This document shows positions 1-14,128 of a stretch of DNA of 64,000 nt, piece after piece. How positions within the stretch are numbered: position 1 is the first letter of the stretch; every line of letters starts with the position of its first letter. The DNA comes from Histomonas meleagridis 2922-C6/04-290x (taxonomy: Eukaryota; Protista; Parabasalia). The notes beneath the pieces were generated by a model, which was given only the letters and a program-made list of their open reading frames with translations, was not told where the DNA came from and did no database searches. The DNA lies in assembly GCA_020184695.1 (NCBI GenBank), contig JAANOX010000064.1:62001-126000 (forward strand), read 5' to 3'. The position numbers were made by a program, and so were the translations under genes.

Positions 1-1452
1 TCTTCCTTCTGTAAAATATTCTCTTACAAGGGCAGCAGCTCCAGAAACTAATGGTGTTGAAACTGATGTTCCTTCAACATAAAACTTTTTATTTTTGTTG
101 CTTTTTTCAAATGAATCAATTACTACATTTCCTGAAGCTATAACATCCGGTTTTTGAACTCCTTTAGTAGTTGGTCCGATTGCTGAATAATCTGCATGAT
201 GAAATCTAATTCTATTTTGATCAAATTTATATTTGATATTCAAAATTGTTATGTTTTTTCTAACATGTTGTGCAATATTAGAGTTATTGCAATAAATAAC
301 ACAATAACCTGATTGATTAATATGGTTATTAATAATATTTCTTTTTTTAGAATTAACATTATAGATAATTATAATTATTTTATTGTTTCTTAAATTTTTG
401 ATCATTTTTATATATTTGCTATTTTTGCCATCTATTAAAATTGCAATGCTTTTTCGAGGAGGAATATTATCTGATATATTATATAAAGTGAAAGTTTCAT
501 TATATAAAATATTTTCGTGATCAAGATTTCTTAAATATTTATGAGCATAGAAAACAGTTCCATCTTCTGTTTCCATTTTTAAAATTATATAATAAAATAA
601 TTTAATATTATCAACTGAACCGACTGTAAGAACATTACTACAAGTGGCTGGTGATTCAATTGAAAAATTATTACCAAAATTTCCTGCACAAAATATAAAC
701 AAAACAGAAGAAATATTATATGCAATTTTTTGATAGTGATAATCCAGAATTTTATCTAAACCATTAGCAGTCCAACTATTTGAAACAATATATGCGCCAA
801 TTTTTCTTAATTTTTGCATCATTTCTTCTAGTTTATATGGAAACTTATTACATGTGGATAAATCACCCATAAAAGCAATTTTGGCATTTGGTACAATACT
901 TTTGAATTGGTTAGTAGAATTATTATTTAATTTACCAGCAAGAATACTTGCAATTTGTGTTCCATGTATTTTATTTATAATTTTTTTCTTTAGTGTGTTT
1001 AAATCAGTTGATTTAACACCATTAATACAATGTTCAGGGTTATAATATACAAATTTCCTGTGATTTGTGATAATTTTATTAAACATAAGATTGAAAGACG
1101 TAATTTGGGGGTCATTGAATAATGGGTGATCCCAATCAATTGGGTTATCAACAATAGCTATGATTTGGTTCATACCAGTAAGGTTAAACAGTTCTAAATT
1201 ATTTTCAATCATTGTGTCAGCTGAAGTCTTATGATTAAAAAATGTTGAATTTCCATTTTTTTGGAAGCTACTAATGAAATAAGCTTTGGGTTTCATATTA
1301 ATCTGAAAAGAAATATTTTCTTCCTTGATTTTACTATTCCCCTGTTTATTATTATGTGGAATAAAGTTAGTTGAAGGATCAAATATTGAAATTAGAGGAT
1401 TGTTTTTTGACCAAAGTGATAATTCAAGTGAAAGAAATATAAAGAAGAACAT
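1..1452 (-). CDS. Subtilisin-like (S8) serine protease, secreted; 3' end runs off window start
   Basis: Manual translation from ATG 1452 (MFFFIFLSLEL signal-like start). Catalytic motifs in order: TGMNQIIAIVD (Asp), HGTQIASILAG (His), FCAGN (oxyanion Asn), GPTTKGVQKPDVIASG, GTSVSTPLVSGAAALVREYF (Ser). Absent from the ORF track because the stop lies outside the window. Confidence 0.9.
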   Translation of the reverse strand, partial: MFFFIFLSLELSLWSKNNPLISIFDPSTNFIPHNNKQGNSKIKEENISFQINMKPKAYFISSFQKNGNSTFFNHKTSADTMIENNLELFNLTGMNQIIAIVDNPIDWDHPLFNDPQITSFNLMFNKIITNHRKFVYYNPEHCINGVKSTDLNTLKKKIINKIHGTQIASILAGKLNNNSTNQFKSIVPNAKIAFMGDLSTCNKFPYKLEEMMQKLRKIGAYIVSNSWTANGLDKILDYHYQKIAYNISSVLFIFCAGNFGNNFSIESPATCSNVLTVGSVDNIKLFYYIILKMETEDGTVFYAHKYLRNLDHENILYNETFTLYNISDNIPPRKSIAILIDGKNSKYIKMIKNLRNNKIIIIIYNVNSKKRNIINNHINQSGYCVIYCNNSNIAQHVRKNITILNIKYKFDQNRIRFHHADYSAIGPTTKGVQKPDVIASGNVVIDSFEKSNKNKKFYVEGTSVSTPLVSGAAALVREYFTEGR

Positions 1453-2076
1453 TTATATTTTTTAAATGATTTCTTTATGACATAAATTTATAGAATTATT
1501 CCAAACTTTCCGAGATTCTTTCAAAAATTATAAAATAAATGCAATTTATTAGCTTCAAAAACTTTTTAATCTATGTAAAAATAAAATTTTTTTTTTTTTG
1601 AAATAAAAATGTTAAATACTTCATTTATGAAATTATTAAGTTTCGCTATAAAAATATATACAAATAATAAAATACTTTAATGAATTGAATAAAACATATA
1701 AAATATGATTTTATAATAATGAAAATTCATGAAACTTAAATCCTTTATATGACTCACCATATGAAAGTTGTAACATTCAAAAATTATGTTTTTCTTGAAA
1801 TTATTCTGACTTATAGAAAAATACATTATTGCAAATGAAACTCTGGAAATTTTTCATTGTAAAACATTACAAGTTGGCGAGGACCCCAAAATTAATTTCC
1901 CAAAGATATCATCTCACTTTTGATTTGTAAACTTGACAATATTGAAATATCGGCATTTTTTGATTTGAGAGGATGACTTCACAAAAGTAAATGGAAAAAT
2001 TGCAAAAACAATTTATTCGAACACGATCAAAAAAACAGAATAAAATTTAGTGGTTACACATATTTATTACATTTTC

Positions 2077-3429
2077 TTATAATTGGTTTGCTTCTTTTAT
2101 AAAGCGCAACAAGAACCGTGTTGGGGAATCAGCATATTTGAACAATTCCTTTGGGGAATACTCAAATCCTTTCCACGAGTGAACAAACTGGAAAACTATT
2201 TCGATGCCGGGAATGCTTGACTCAATTAGGAGCAACTTCCATAAGAACTCAGCTCCCATGAATACGATTCGATGATTAATGTTTAGGTTCAACTTTTCCG
2301 CCATAAAGCCCGCAAACCTCAGGTAGATGTTGTGGAATTCTTCTGCAATATCACATGGATTTGTAAAGAAGATACAATGAAATAACATACTTGGCGTTGG
2401 AATTAGTAAATTTGATGATTGGAAAAACTCGGATATGGATGAGTATTCGGATAGAATATGAGCTATTTCTCGAGGTGGATGAAGTTGTTCCCAAGTTTTG
2501 GTTTTATACGAATCAAGAAGAATTGTCAGCTTATCGTCGACTTTTTGAAAGCTTTTATCAAATGTCATTTCTTTGTCAAGCCAATACCTCAGACAAAGTG
2601 AGCCAAGGATAGATATGTGGATGGGATCAGTAACGCCAACCTTCTCTTTAATCAATTCAACACTTTTGATTATTCTATCCTTGAGTTTATAATCAAATAT
2701 ATTTTTTACCCTTAAAGGTGAGTAACGACAACGAATGAAATCTAAAAACAAAGAGTACTCTTCGCTTTCTTTTAAGTAGTTTGTGTTGGGATAAATACAT
2801 TTAGTAAGTAATTGAAGACACGTTTTACATGATTCATTTGCTGTCGCTTCATCTGAAAGATAATGAGGTAAAAGCTTCATTGCTACGCATGTGTCATTTA
2901 TATAAAATTTAATTGCTCTAACTCTGTATTGATATTTGTAATACGATATTTTTGATAAACCATTGATATTTTTTGTACAAAAATCAATGTACCTGGGGTG
3001 CTGAAGTAATTCCTCCGATATTGATTTTAGTTTATTTAGTATTTCAAGGGAATGTGAAAATTTTTCAATAAAGTATTTTTGGAGTTTAATACTATACTTG
3101 ACTTTTTTTGGTTTAAGAAGTACTTGTAACCTCCAAAAATTTTGGTTTATGTGATTCTTTGTTAATTTTGTTACTTTTAAGTTTTGACTTTGATAGTATT
3201 TAAGAGCTTCCTCAGACTCGTTTTTTAAGTTTTCCATATTTTTTATAGCCTTTATAAGCTTTTTTCTCATTTTTTTGAAATGTGGTACAAGTTGAGTTAA
3301 TGCAAATAATTTGTTTTCATATCCAATATTTGGAATAGGAACAAGAAAGCATTCATATCCATCAAAAAGCAGTTCTTCTGGGAGAGGTTCGTTTGTGTAT
3401 TCAGGTTCGAATTTGTGTTCCTTTGACAT
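2077..3429 (-). CDS. Hypothetical protein, 450 aa
   Basis: Long ATG-started ORF; no motif recognised. Confidence 0.7.
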   Translation of the reverse strand: MSKEHKFEPEYTNEPLPEELLFDGYECFLVPIPNIGYENKLFALTQLVPHFKKMRKKLIKAIKNMENLKNESEEALKYYQSQNLKVTKLTKNHINQNFWRLQVLLKPKKVKYSIKLQKYFIEKFSHSLEILNKLKSISEELLQHPRYIDFCTKNINGLSKISYYKYQYRVRAIKFYINDTCVAMKLLPHYLSDEATANESCKTCLQLLTKCIYPNTNYLKESEEYSLFLDFIRCRYSPLRVKNIFDYKLKDRIIKSVELIKEKVGVTDPIHISILGSLCLRYWLDKEMTFDKSFQKVDDKLTILLDSYKTKTWEQLHPPREIAHILSEYSSISEFFQSSNLLIPTPSMLFHCIFFTNPCDIAEEFHNIYLRFAGFMAEKLNLNINHRIVFMGAEFLWKLLLIESSIPGIEIVFQFVHSWKGFEYSPKELFKYADSPTRFLLRFIKEANQL

Positions 3430-3523
3430 TTAAATGCTCATTGACCGTTAAACCACAATTTATCGTTATGTCCAATTGAAAGCAAAATAATCGTCATAAT
3501 ATTTTCAGGAAAAGTTTTGCTAA

Positions 3524-4414
3524 ATGAGTTGGAGTTCTTTTGTCCAGCAAACTTTGGACGAATTACACACAGGAGCTCCCCCACCTGATTATTTTGGATG
3601 TATTGGTAGAGTCATATTAAAAAATCAACAATCATCCGAAAATGTTAACTCATTTTTTGAAGATATATCATCACCTACCTTAAAAATAAAGACAGAGGAA
3701 ACTTTAGATAAAAAGAAAATTATAACAAATACATCAAATATTACTAATAATGGAGAACTAACACCAAACAAAGAGAATCCACCGCTTCATCCTCCTCCAA
3801 TGCTTCTTGAATCTCCTGTTTCAAAACAAGATTCCGATGATTCAAGTGAAAGCCAACCCGAAATTACAGAATATTCACCTATCCGTAAATCACAAAATCA
3901 GAGCTCTGAAAAAGGTCGTGATAGCATTGCGTCGGAGATCGATTACAGTGATATCTCTGACCATTGGAAAGAATCTTCAAAAAAATCACGCACATTGCAC
4001 TCTTCTGAAGATTCTGATCATACGCAAGACATTGAAGTTCAATCAGTTGATAGTCAAGAGTCAACGCATAGCCAAAGCGATCAGCTTATCTCAAAAATGG
4101 AAATCATTCAATCAGGAACAGTACAAATTACTAAAGACTCCGTCGAAAGTAAACCAGAACCAATGGCTAGAGATAAGCCTGACTCTGATAAGCCAGAACC
4201 AGTGGATTTTGCCAGCCAATTTAAGGAGCTTGGAAATGTATATCAAAGCTATTGGCCGCCAAAGGAAACGAACGTTCCGCGACTGCAGCCGAACTCCAAA
4301 ATTCTTGTTTCATTTAAAGCGTCAAACTATGATAGGCTGATGAAAGCTATGAGAAAGTACTCGCAACTTAACGGCAAAAGAATTGCATATCTTCGAAGGA
4401 AGGGCACAGAATAG
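3524..4414 (+). CDS. Hypothetical protein, Ser/Asp/Glu-rich, probably disordered
   Basis: 296-aa ORF, head-to-head with the previous gene (94 bp apart). Confidence 0.7.
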   Translation: MSWSSFVQQTLDELHTGAPPPDYFGCIGRVILKNQQSSENVNSFFEDISSPTLKIKTEETLDKKKIITNTSNITNNGELTPNKENPPLHPPPMLLESPVSKQDSDDSSESQPEITEYSPIRKSQNQSSEKGRDSIASEIDYSDISDHWKESSKKSRTLHSSEDSDHTQDIEVQSVDSQESTHSQSDQLISKMEIIQSGTVQITKDSVESKPEPMARDKPDSDKPEPVDFASQFKELGNVYQSYWPPKETNVPRLQPNSKILVSFKASNYDRLMKAMRKYSQLNGKRIAYLRRKGTE

Positions 4415-4709
4415 CGATAAATGTTTCATCGAATAGAAAAAGTAGTAATTACCAATTAATAAAAATATATGTATCTTTAAACAAGAGCAAAATTAAGTTT
4501 CCATAAATACTGTTTTTGATATTTGAGAATCTGTATCAGATCGCTAACATTTACTTTGTACAATCACATCCAACGCTTCAAATTAATTATATATAACTTT
4601 TATATAAACAGCTCAAATTTTCAATAGTTTATCTTTTTCAACTCATGTCACTTTCACGATAAATTTTGAATGACAATAAAAACGCCTTTTTTTATTTCAC
4701 ATTTTATTA

Positions 4710-7210
<2,501 letters not shown>

Positions 7211-8517
7211 ATCTTTTGCATTTATGTCAATTCCTTTTTGCTGTAAAACATATTCTATAAGTTCAGTATTTCTTGATTTTACAGAAAAAATTAAAATGTC
7301 AATTGGAAGTTGATTTGTTTTTAGAAAATACTTTGTTAGAAAAATATTACCAATTCTCGCTGATTCATTAATGATTGAATCATTAATTTTCATTCCTTCT
7401 TCTTTTAAAAATGAGAAAATTTCATAGTTATGATATAAAATACATTTCCCTCCTAATTCTTCTAAACTATTGATTGCAACAATTTTATTTTCATATAAAT
7501 AATGAAAAATAACATTTCGATGATATTCAATTGCAGTTTCATATGCATCTTCAAATGATGAATGATTTTGTTCACATAAATGAATGATTTCTTCATTTCC
7601 ACCTGCAACTGCATATTTGCCTGTGTTTTTTATATTAGAACCATTCATAAGTAAATATTTAAAACATTTAACAGAAGAAAAAAATGCTGCATAATCAATT
7701 AATGAAACATTTCTTTGATTAATAAATGAACATCTTTCATAAAGTGATGGTTTAATTGTTTGATTAAAATCAAAATCTGTTTGCGATGATATTTCTTGAA
7801 GTTTTTCTATTTCATCATTTCGAATGATTTTTGCTATTTCATTCGGATTATGTCCTTCTTTAACATATTTCTTATGAAGCTCAAAATTATTATTCGGAAA
7901 TTTGTAATTTTCTATAAATTCATCGATGTTGCTAAAACTTTCTCGCATATTTTTAATTATATCATCAATTTCTTCTTTTGACATATATTGAGCAAAATAC
8001 AGACTATATTTCTTATGAACAATGTTTGATTCAATCAATTTTTGTTCAACCATATTATAAAGAATGTGATTTGATTCTTGCGTTTTTTTATTGAGAAGAA
8101 AATTTGCGAATTCATCAAAAATATTAATTTTGATTTTGTTTTTATCTTCAAATAACTGAATTTCTTTTAAAAATTTCAAATATGTATTAATATCATTTCG
8201 TTTCAAAACAAATAATGTGTATACAATTTCAATGATAATTAAATTAAAAGAAATTGGATAAATTTCATCAAATTTTTTAATTATTGAATTTGCTGTTTTT
8301 ACAATACTTTCTTCATTTAAACAAAAAATTATTTGAGTGATTGATGAAACCATTTCCATTTCACTTTGAGATTTTTTGTTTTCTTCAGCCGACATACTGC
8401 AAAAGTGACAATTGAAAAAGTGGAATTGTATGTTTTTTAAACGGTACAATTTCCATGCATTCAAAAAATTGCATTCTTTTTAATCGTTTAATTTATGACA
8501 ACAGCCGTTCAAACAAA

Positions 8518-9057
8518 ATGGTTGAAGCTCTAAAAACACGCCGTTCAATTCGTAACTTTGATCCAAACTATGAGCTAACAAAAGAAGAACTTGACACAAT
8601 TGTGGAATGCGCATTGAACTCACCAAGTGCATTGAACCTTCAAGAAAACGATTTGATTATCATAAGAAATAAAGAGTTGATCCAAAAAATAGACAATACC
8701 GTTTTCAGTAAGTTGGATAATTTTTTCCAAGAACGCTTTTTAACAAGGCAAAAGCGTTATGGTGTTACTAATCCTGTTACATATGACTGCAGTGCCCTCA
8801 TTATGATTGTTAAGAATGAGCGCTCTAAAGAAGGATACGTTCAACTCGATTCTGGCATTCTTGCCATGTCCATTTTAACTGCTGCGCAAGCCGTCGGGCT
8901 CGGATCTGTTCCAATAGGAGTTCTTGTTCGTCCAGATGTCGAAGAAATCATTGGAGTAGAGAAAGGCTCCTTATGCCTTGCTATTGCTATTGGCAAGCCA
9001 AAGAAAATCGAAGTTGATCCAAAGGAGGTGCTCAGGAAGGTTAAGTACATTGACTAA
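8518..9057 (+). CDS. Nitroreductase family protein
   Basis: LKTRRSIRNF, ALNSPSALNLQ, DSGILAMSILTAAQAVGLGSVPIG motifs; start MVEAL at 8518. Confidence 0.9.
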   Translation: MVEALKTRRSIRNFDPNYELTKEELDTIVECALNSPSALNLQENDLIIIRNKELIQKIDNTVFSKLDNFFQERFLTRQKRYGVTNPVTYDCSALIMIVKNERSKEGYVQLDSGILAMSILTAAQAVGLGSVPIGVLVRPDVEEIIGVEKGSLCLAIAIGKPKKIEVDPKEVLRKVKYID

Positions 9058-9619
9058 AAATCGAATCAAGTTAACGTATTCTTTCCACCGTTTAACGAAC
9101 ATTTTTTTGGTTGTGTTTTTTGATGCCCGTTTGAGTTATTGCAGGGCTGAGTAATGAAGTCAATGTTCATTATGAATTGTTATTATAACAGAGCTTATGT
9201 AAGTTTCCTTAGTATTTTTTTTGTGACATGGAAAAAATAATCATATATTTCTCTCCATTTTGAACAAACAACATAATGTCTAACCCAGCGCCTTTCTCAT
9301 AAGCATCTTAAGATTTGGGTTGAATATTGCCATTCTTGTATGTTTGGCAAGATTTTTGAGATTTTTTTCAGCTTATTCAAAATTTCATTCAATAATTAAT
9401 AGGAAAATTTTGTTTTTGAATCACACGTGTGATCGTTCACATACATTTGTAATTTTAGATGTAGTTCTTATATCAAAACATTCTACCCAACATGCTAAAA
9501 TGTGAACAGATCCCCTAAATGAAAGTTTCGATTGTGATGCCCATGAATCTAATCTGATTGATTTTGAATTTCTGCATTTACTTGAGCAGCATCTATTTGC
9601 AGCACCATCAGGGTAACTT

Positions 9620-11009
9620 GGTGAAAAATATTATCAGCAAGTTTTGTAAAGAATATTTAATATCTTATGATATCATTATTATATTCTGAATGATATATAT
9701 ATATCTTCTGATTGATAGTAATAATTTTGATATATATTTGAGATTATTACAAGAAATTGAAAAATATGAAGAAAATAATAAAATCAACACAAATAAATTT
9801 ATTTTCTCAATTACTACTTAAAGAAAACACACAAGAATCAATTTATTTACTTAATTACATGATTAAGCATAATTTACCTGAATCAAAATTCATCAAAAAT
9901 ACATTTAATCCATTTTTTGTTCATATTAATCAAGATAAATCAAATAAATATAAAATATTTATTTGATCAAGAAAATATTGCTATGAAGAACTTTCACAAA
10001 ATGACTTTGCACTTCATAAGCAATTAATTGAAGAAGGAGTTAATCCAAATAAAATTGCAAAAATAATTCGAAATGATGAAATCGAAAAACTTCAAGATAT
10101 ATCATCACAAACAAATTTTGATTTTGATCAAACAATTGAACCATCACTTTATGAAAGATGTTCATTTATTAATCATAAAAATGTTAGATTAATTGATTAT
10201 GCAGCATTCTTTGGATCAATTAAATGTTTTAAATATTTACTTATGCATGGTGCAAATGTAAAAAATACAGGTAAATATGCAATTGCAGGTGGAAATGAAG
10301 AAATCATTCATTTATGTGAACAAAATCATTCATTATTTGAAGGTGCATATGAAACAGCAATTATGTTTCATCGAAATGATATCTTTAAATATCTTTATGA
10401 AAATAAAATTGAAGAAGATATTAACAAATTAAAAGAATTAGGAGAAAAATGTGTTTCATATTTTAATTATGAAATTTTTACATATTTAGAAAAAGAAGGA
10501 ATGAAAATTAATAAAAATATCATTAATAAAGCAGCAAAAATTGGAAATATTTTTCTTGTAAAATATTTCCATAAAAATAATCAACTTCCAGGAAATATTT
10601 TAGTTTTTGCTTCATTTTCAGGAAATATTGAACTTGTTACATACATTTTAAAGCAAAAAGGAATTGATATTAATGCTAAAGATATTTATTTTAATAATTT
10701 TTTATTTCAAAATAATATTTGGAAATTATTTAAATTATTTGAAACAGCACTTCTGATTGCATCTTCAGAAGGTCATACAGAAATAGTCAAATTGCTTCTT
10801 GAACAAGAAGGAATTGATATTAAAGCTAAAGATATTTATTTGTTTTATTTGATATTTATTTTAATAATTTTATATTTCAAAATAATATTTGGAAATTATT
10901 TAAATTATTTGAAACAGCACTTATGTGGGCATCTAAAGAAGGTCATACAGAAATAGTTCAATTACTTCTTGAACAAGAAGGAATTGGTATTAATACTAAA
11001 AGTATTTAA
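9620..11009 (+). pseudogene. DUF3447-ankyrin locus 2: degenerate 5' end, in-frame TGA, two spacer-interrupted repeats
   Basis: Homologous to the other heads. TGA at 9964-9966 is in frame with ORF 10243-10956. Spacers 10684-10743 (60 nt) and 10834-10913 (80 nt); modules start at 10744 and 10914. Confidence 0.8.
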
Positions 11010-11039
11010 TGTTTGATTTGAATCATAAACTATAACTCG

Positions 11040-11420
11040 AATTCGAATGTCCTTTTGATTAAATATCGATAATGTGCTTACTTGATTAATAGGAATTGGA
11101 TTAGTAACAAAAGCATTTTGTAAAACGTCATCTATTTTTAATGAATGATAAACAATTCGACCATTATCAATAGTGATAATACCAAAACCTTTATGTTTAA
11201 GAAGATCTGATGCAACAACTTCAAGCATTCCATTCGTATGGATGAATGTTGTTTCACTTGGATGTGTATGACCTGTGATAAGCATCGAACAATTATTATT
11301 CGTTATAATTTGTTCAAGTGTTTTACCTGTTGAAGATGTACATGTGTATTTATCCCATAAGTCTAATGGATAATGACAATGAATTATTCGCGTTTTCGTT
11401 TGGGGATTTTGAATGAAAAA
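11040..11420 (-). pseudogene. Fragment of TMEM62-like calcineurin-type metallophosphoesterase
   Basis: RIIHCHYPLDLW..LITGHTHP..LEVVASDL..GFGIITIDNGRIVY..FVTNPIP; no start and no C-terminus. Confidence 0.6.
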
Positions 11421-11540
11421 TTCTTCAATTCATCTACTTTCATTAAATAGTTTTACTAAAAATAGTTACATTTATAATCTGAAGTCTTTAAACACTTTAA
11501 GACTCATTAACAAAAAACATTTTTTCGATCGTAATTTTTT

Positions 11541-13010
11541 TTACTGGAAATCCATTGCTCCAAGTAAATTAATTGTTGCATATCTTTCAAGTTTGGTATT
11601 CTTTGTATCATTGCTTGCTTGCCACGACAAAGGATGTGGTGGCTTTAAGTTTGTAGCATGCTGTTCCATATTTTTCTCATTCCAATAAGGTAACATCATT
11701 GCTATAATTGCCTGGTTACCATTTTCCTTTGCTATTTGATATGGGTGTACAATATGTGAAGCATTTGGATTACAACCGCATTGTAACAACACTTCGACTG
11801 CATCATTATTATTATAATAAGTTGCATAAGCCCAAAGCTGACCATTCTTCATCTAAAGCATTTAAGTTATCTGTATTCAAAGCCAACAACAAAGTAATCA
11901 ACTGGTTACCGGCTGAGGCTGCTTCGTGTAATGGGGTATAACCGTTGGTCGGATTGATTTGACGCTTTTTCATGTCGCAAATGCACGAGTAAACTTTGAG
12001 AACGTTACCATCTCTTATCGCTTCGTGCATGTCATAGCTTTCGCCGTTGTTGGCAAAATATGACATCTGCAAGTACTTCTTCCGGATATACTCTTCTCGT
12101 TTCTCTTTCGTAACGCCAGGGTTGATTTTCTCGCTCCCAACGTTCTTCTCTAATATGGAATTAGCATTAGAATTACCAATCGCTAAAAATAACTTATTGG
12201 TGGTGGGATCTAATCGATCTAAGGTTAATGATCGAACTTTAGAAACTGATGTGGTCAATGATCGATGAACTCCACTACAATTGATGCAGATGCAAACTCC
12301 CCAATTGATGCAACACCAAACTGGATTTGGTGCACCGCAATCTGCACAAACACAATTACACTCGACCGATAATGGTGAGTCATTGCTAGAATCTTTCGTA
12401 AATGTAGTAGTTTCTTTGATATCTTCCCCACTATGATCTAACAGATATTGAATATTGTTTTGGATGACTGCGATCCATTCGTTCATGTCCCATTCAGTTA
12501 ACGCCTGTAGTACATAGACTTTTTTTCTTGCGATATGATCGTGAAACAAAAATCGGCGTTCTGGATCCTTAATAGGTTTAACTGTGGTCAATAACATGGG
12601 TAAGATACCTTGTGGCTTATCACTGTCTTCTGTTCCATGGAAATATGATAATGTATGATTTTGACATATGAAATATCGCTTTTGCCAAGATTTGGTAAAA
12701 CCACTGCCTTTCTTCCATAAATAGCCTTCGTGGTTGATGGCAGGGGTGTGTGTAAATAAGACTTTTAATCGCTTCCAATATAACGTATAATATCCTTCGA
12801 GTGATTTTCCAAGAATATCTGTGTTCTTTTCAAAGATGTTGACTTCATCAGAGGAAACTGGAAGTGCAAGTTGAAGATTTGAAAAAGAATCTTTGGCATC
12901 ATCAAAACTAAATTTTGTCGCCCTTCCTTTTAATCCCTAGAAACAAGCAAAAACTTTATCCATCTTCAAATAGTATATATAATTATCATTACAGGGCGTG
13001 CTAATCAAAT
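11541..13010 (-). pseudogene. ACAP/centaurin-beta-like ArfGAP (PH + ArfGAP + ANK), 5'-truncated, one TAG and one frameshift
   Basis: PH domain HEGYLWKKGSGFTKSWQKRYF; ArfGAP zinc finger CADC..WCCINWGVCICINCSGVHRSL; ankyrin tail. In-frame TAG at 12937-12939; +1 base in the CCC run at 11831-11833 joins ORFs 11812-12597 and 11541-11852. Confidence 0.8.
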
Positions 13011-13039
13011 ATTCATAAAAATTGTATATTTATTGATAA

Positions 13040-13966
13040 TTATATTTGTTCAATAAATTTTTCTTCTTGAAAATCTTCAGCAAATGGATCTTCTTCAATA
13101 TTTATGTTACTTATTCCCGTAGTAAATGTATTTATCGTTTCGTTTTCATTTTCTTCTGATTTATCATTTTCATAAATTTCTTCTTTTTTGTTTCGAATAT
13201 GTTTCAACAATATAATTAATAATATGATAATAACTATTACTATAACAATTACACAAGCTGAAATGATAATAATTATTGTTTTATCATTATTTTGATTATT
13301 ATTAACATTAGTGTAAAATATTATAAAGAAATTGGAATAATAATTATAATAAGTCGAATAAATAACAATTGTGTAATTGTAATAAATAAATTCTGTTTCA
13401 ATATATGAAAATGTCGAATTATTTATATATAATGAAAATGTTTTCGTTTTTGTTTCATAAATAGTTAATGAATGTGTAATTGATAATGTAAATGTTAATG
13501 TATATGAAAATGATAATGAAATATCACTTTGAAGTGATTCAGTAAATGTATTTGATTGAATAAATGAATGTGTTGGAATTGGTTCGCATATCCCTTCTGT
13601 GGATTCACTAACAACACCCAAACTTTCAAAATAATCGCCTACATATGTTGGATATGTGATAACACTTGTTGAAAAATTATAAAATGCACTTTCACTAATT
13701 TCTGGTTCTTTGTCTCCATAATAATAAATGCATCGAAGTTGATAGCAAAACGCAAATGCTGAACCTCCAATATATCTTATTCCATAGCCAAGTGTTAATA
13801 TCGTTAAATTAGAACATAATGCAAATGCATAACTGCCAATTGTTGTAACTGAATTTGGAATTGTAATGTTTTTGATTGATGAACACAATGAAAATGATGA
13901 ATCACCAATCTCTGTAACATTTTCTCCAAAAATAATTGTTTCTAAATTAAAACATGACGAAAACAC
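13040..13966 (-). CDS. BspA-like (TpLRR) surface protein, 5'-truncated: last LRRs, S/T stalk, TM, acidic tail
   Basis: TEIGDSSFSLCSSIKNITIPNSVTTIGSYAF repeats; TM IIIISACVIVIVIVIIILLIILL. Upstream frame has stops, so probably a remnant. Confidence 0.7.
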   Translation of the reverse strand: MFSSCFNLETIIFGENVTEIGDSSFSLCSSIKNITIPNSVTTIGSYAFALCSNLTILTLGYGIRYIGGSAFAFCYQLRCIYYYGDKEPEISESAFYNFSTSVITYPTYVGDYFESLGVVSESTEGICEPIPTHSFIQSNTFTESLQSDISLSFSYTLTFTLSITHSLTIYETKTKTFSLYINNSTFSYIETEFIYYNYTIVIYSTYYNYYSNFFIIFYTNVNNNQNNDKTIIIIISACVIVIVIVIIILLIILLKHIRNKKEEIYENDKSEENENETINTFTTGISNINIEEDPFAEDFQEEKFIEQI

Positions 13967-14128
13967 TGAACGTCCAATCTCTATTGAAATCTGGATGATT
14001 ATTTTTCATATAAATCAATTGAAAGTTTGGAGCCCTCCAAATTTAACAGAACGTTTCAATGTGTTATTTCACTATTTATCTTGAGAAGAAAATTCGGAAA
14101 CGTAAAACTGACCTAAAAAATATTTATT

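Noticed and set aside
2391-4340. Antisense or alternate-frame ORFs overlapping longer genes (also 5420-5806, 25973-26217, 55412-56281, 58469-58922)
   Set aside because: Shadows of real genes with no motifs.
9277-9616. Moderately GC-rich stretch with ORF 9320-9505
   Set aside because: Stops in the frames examined and no recognisable motif; it may be a decayed gene but cannot be called.
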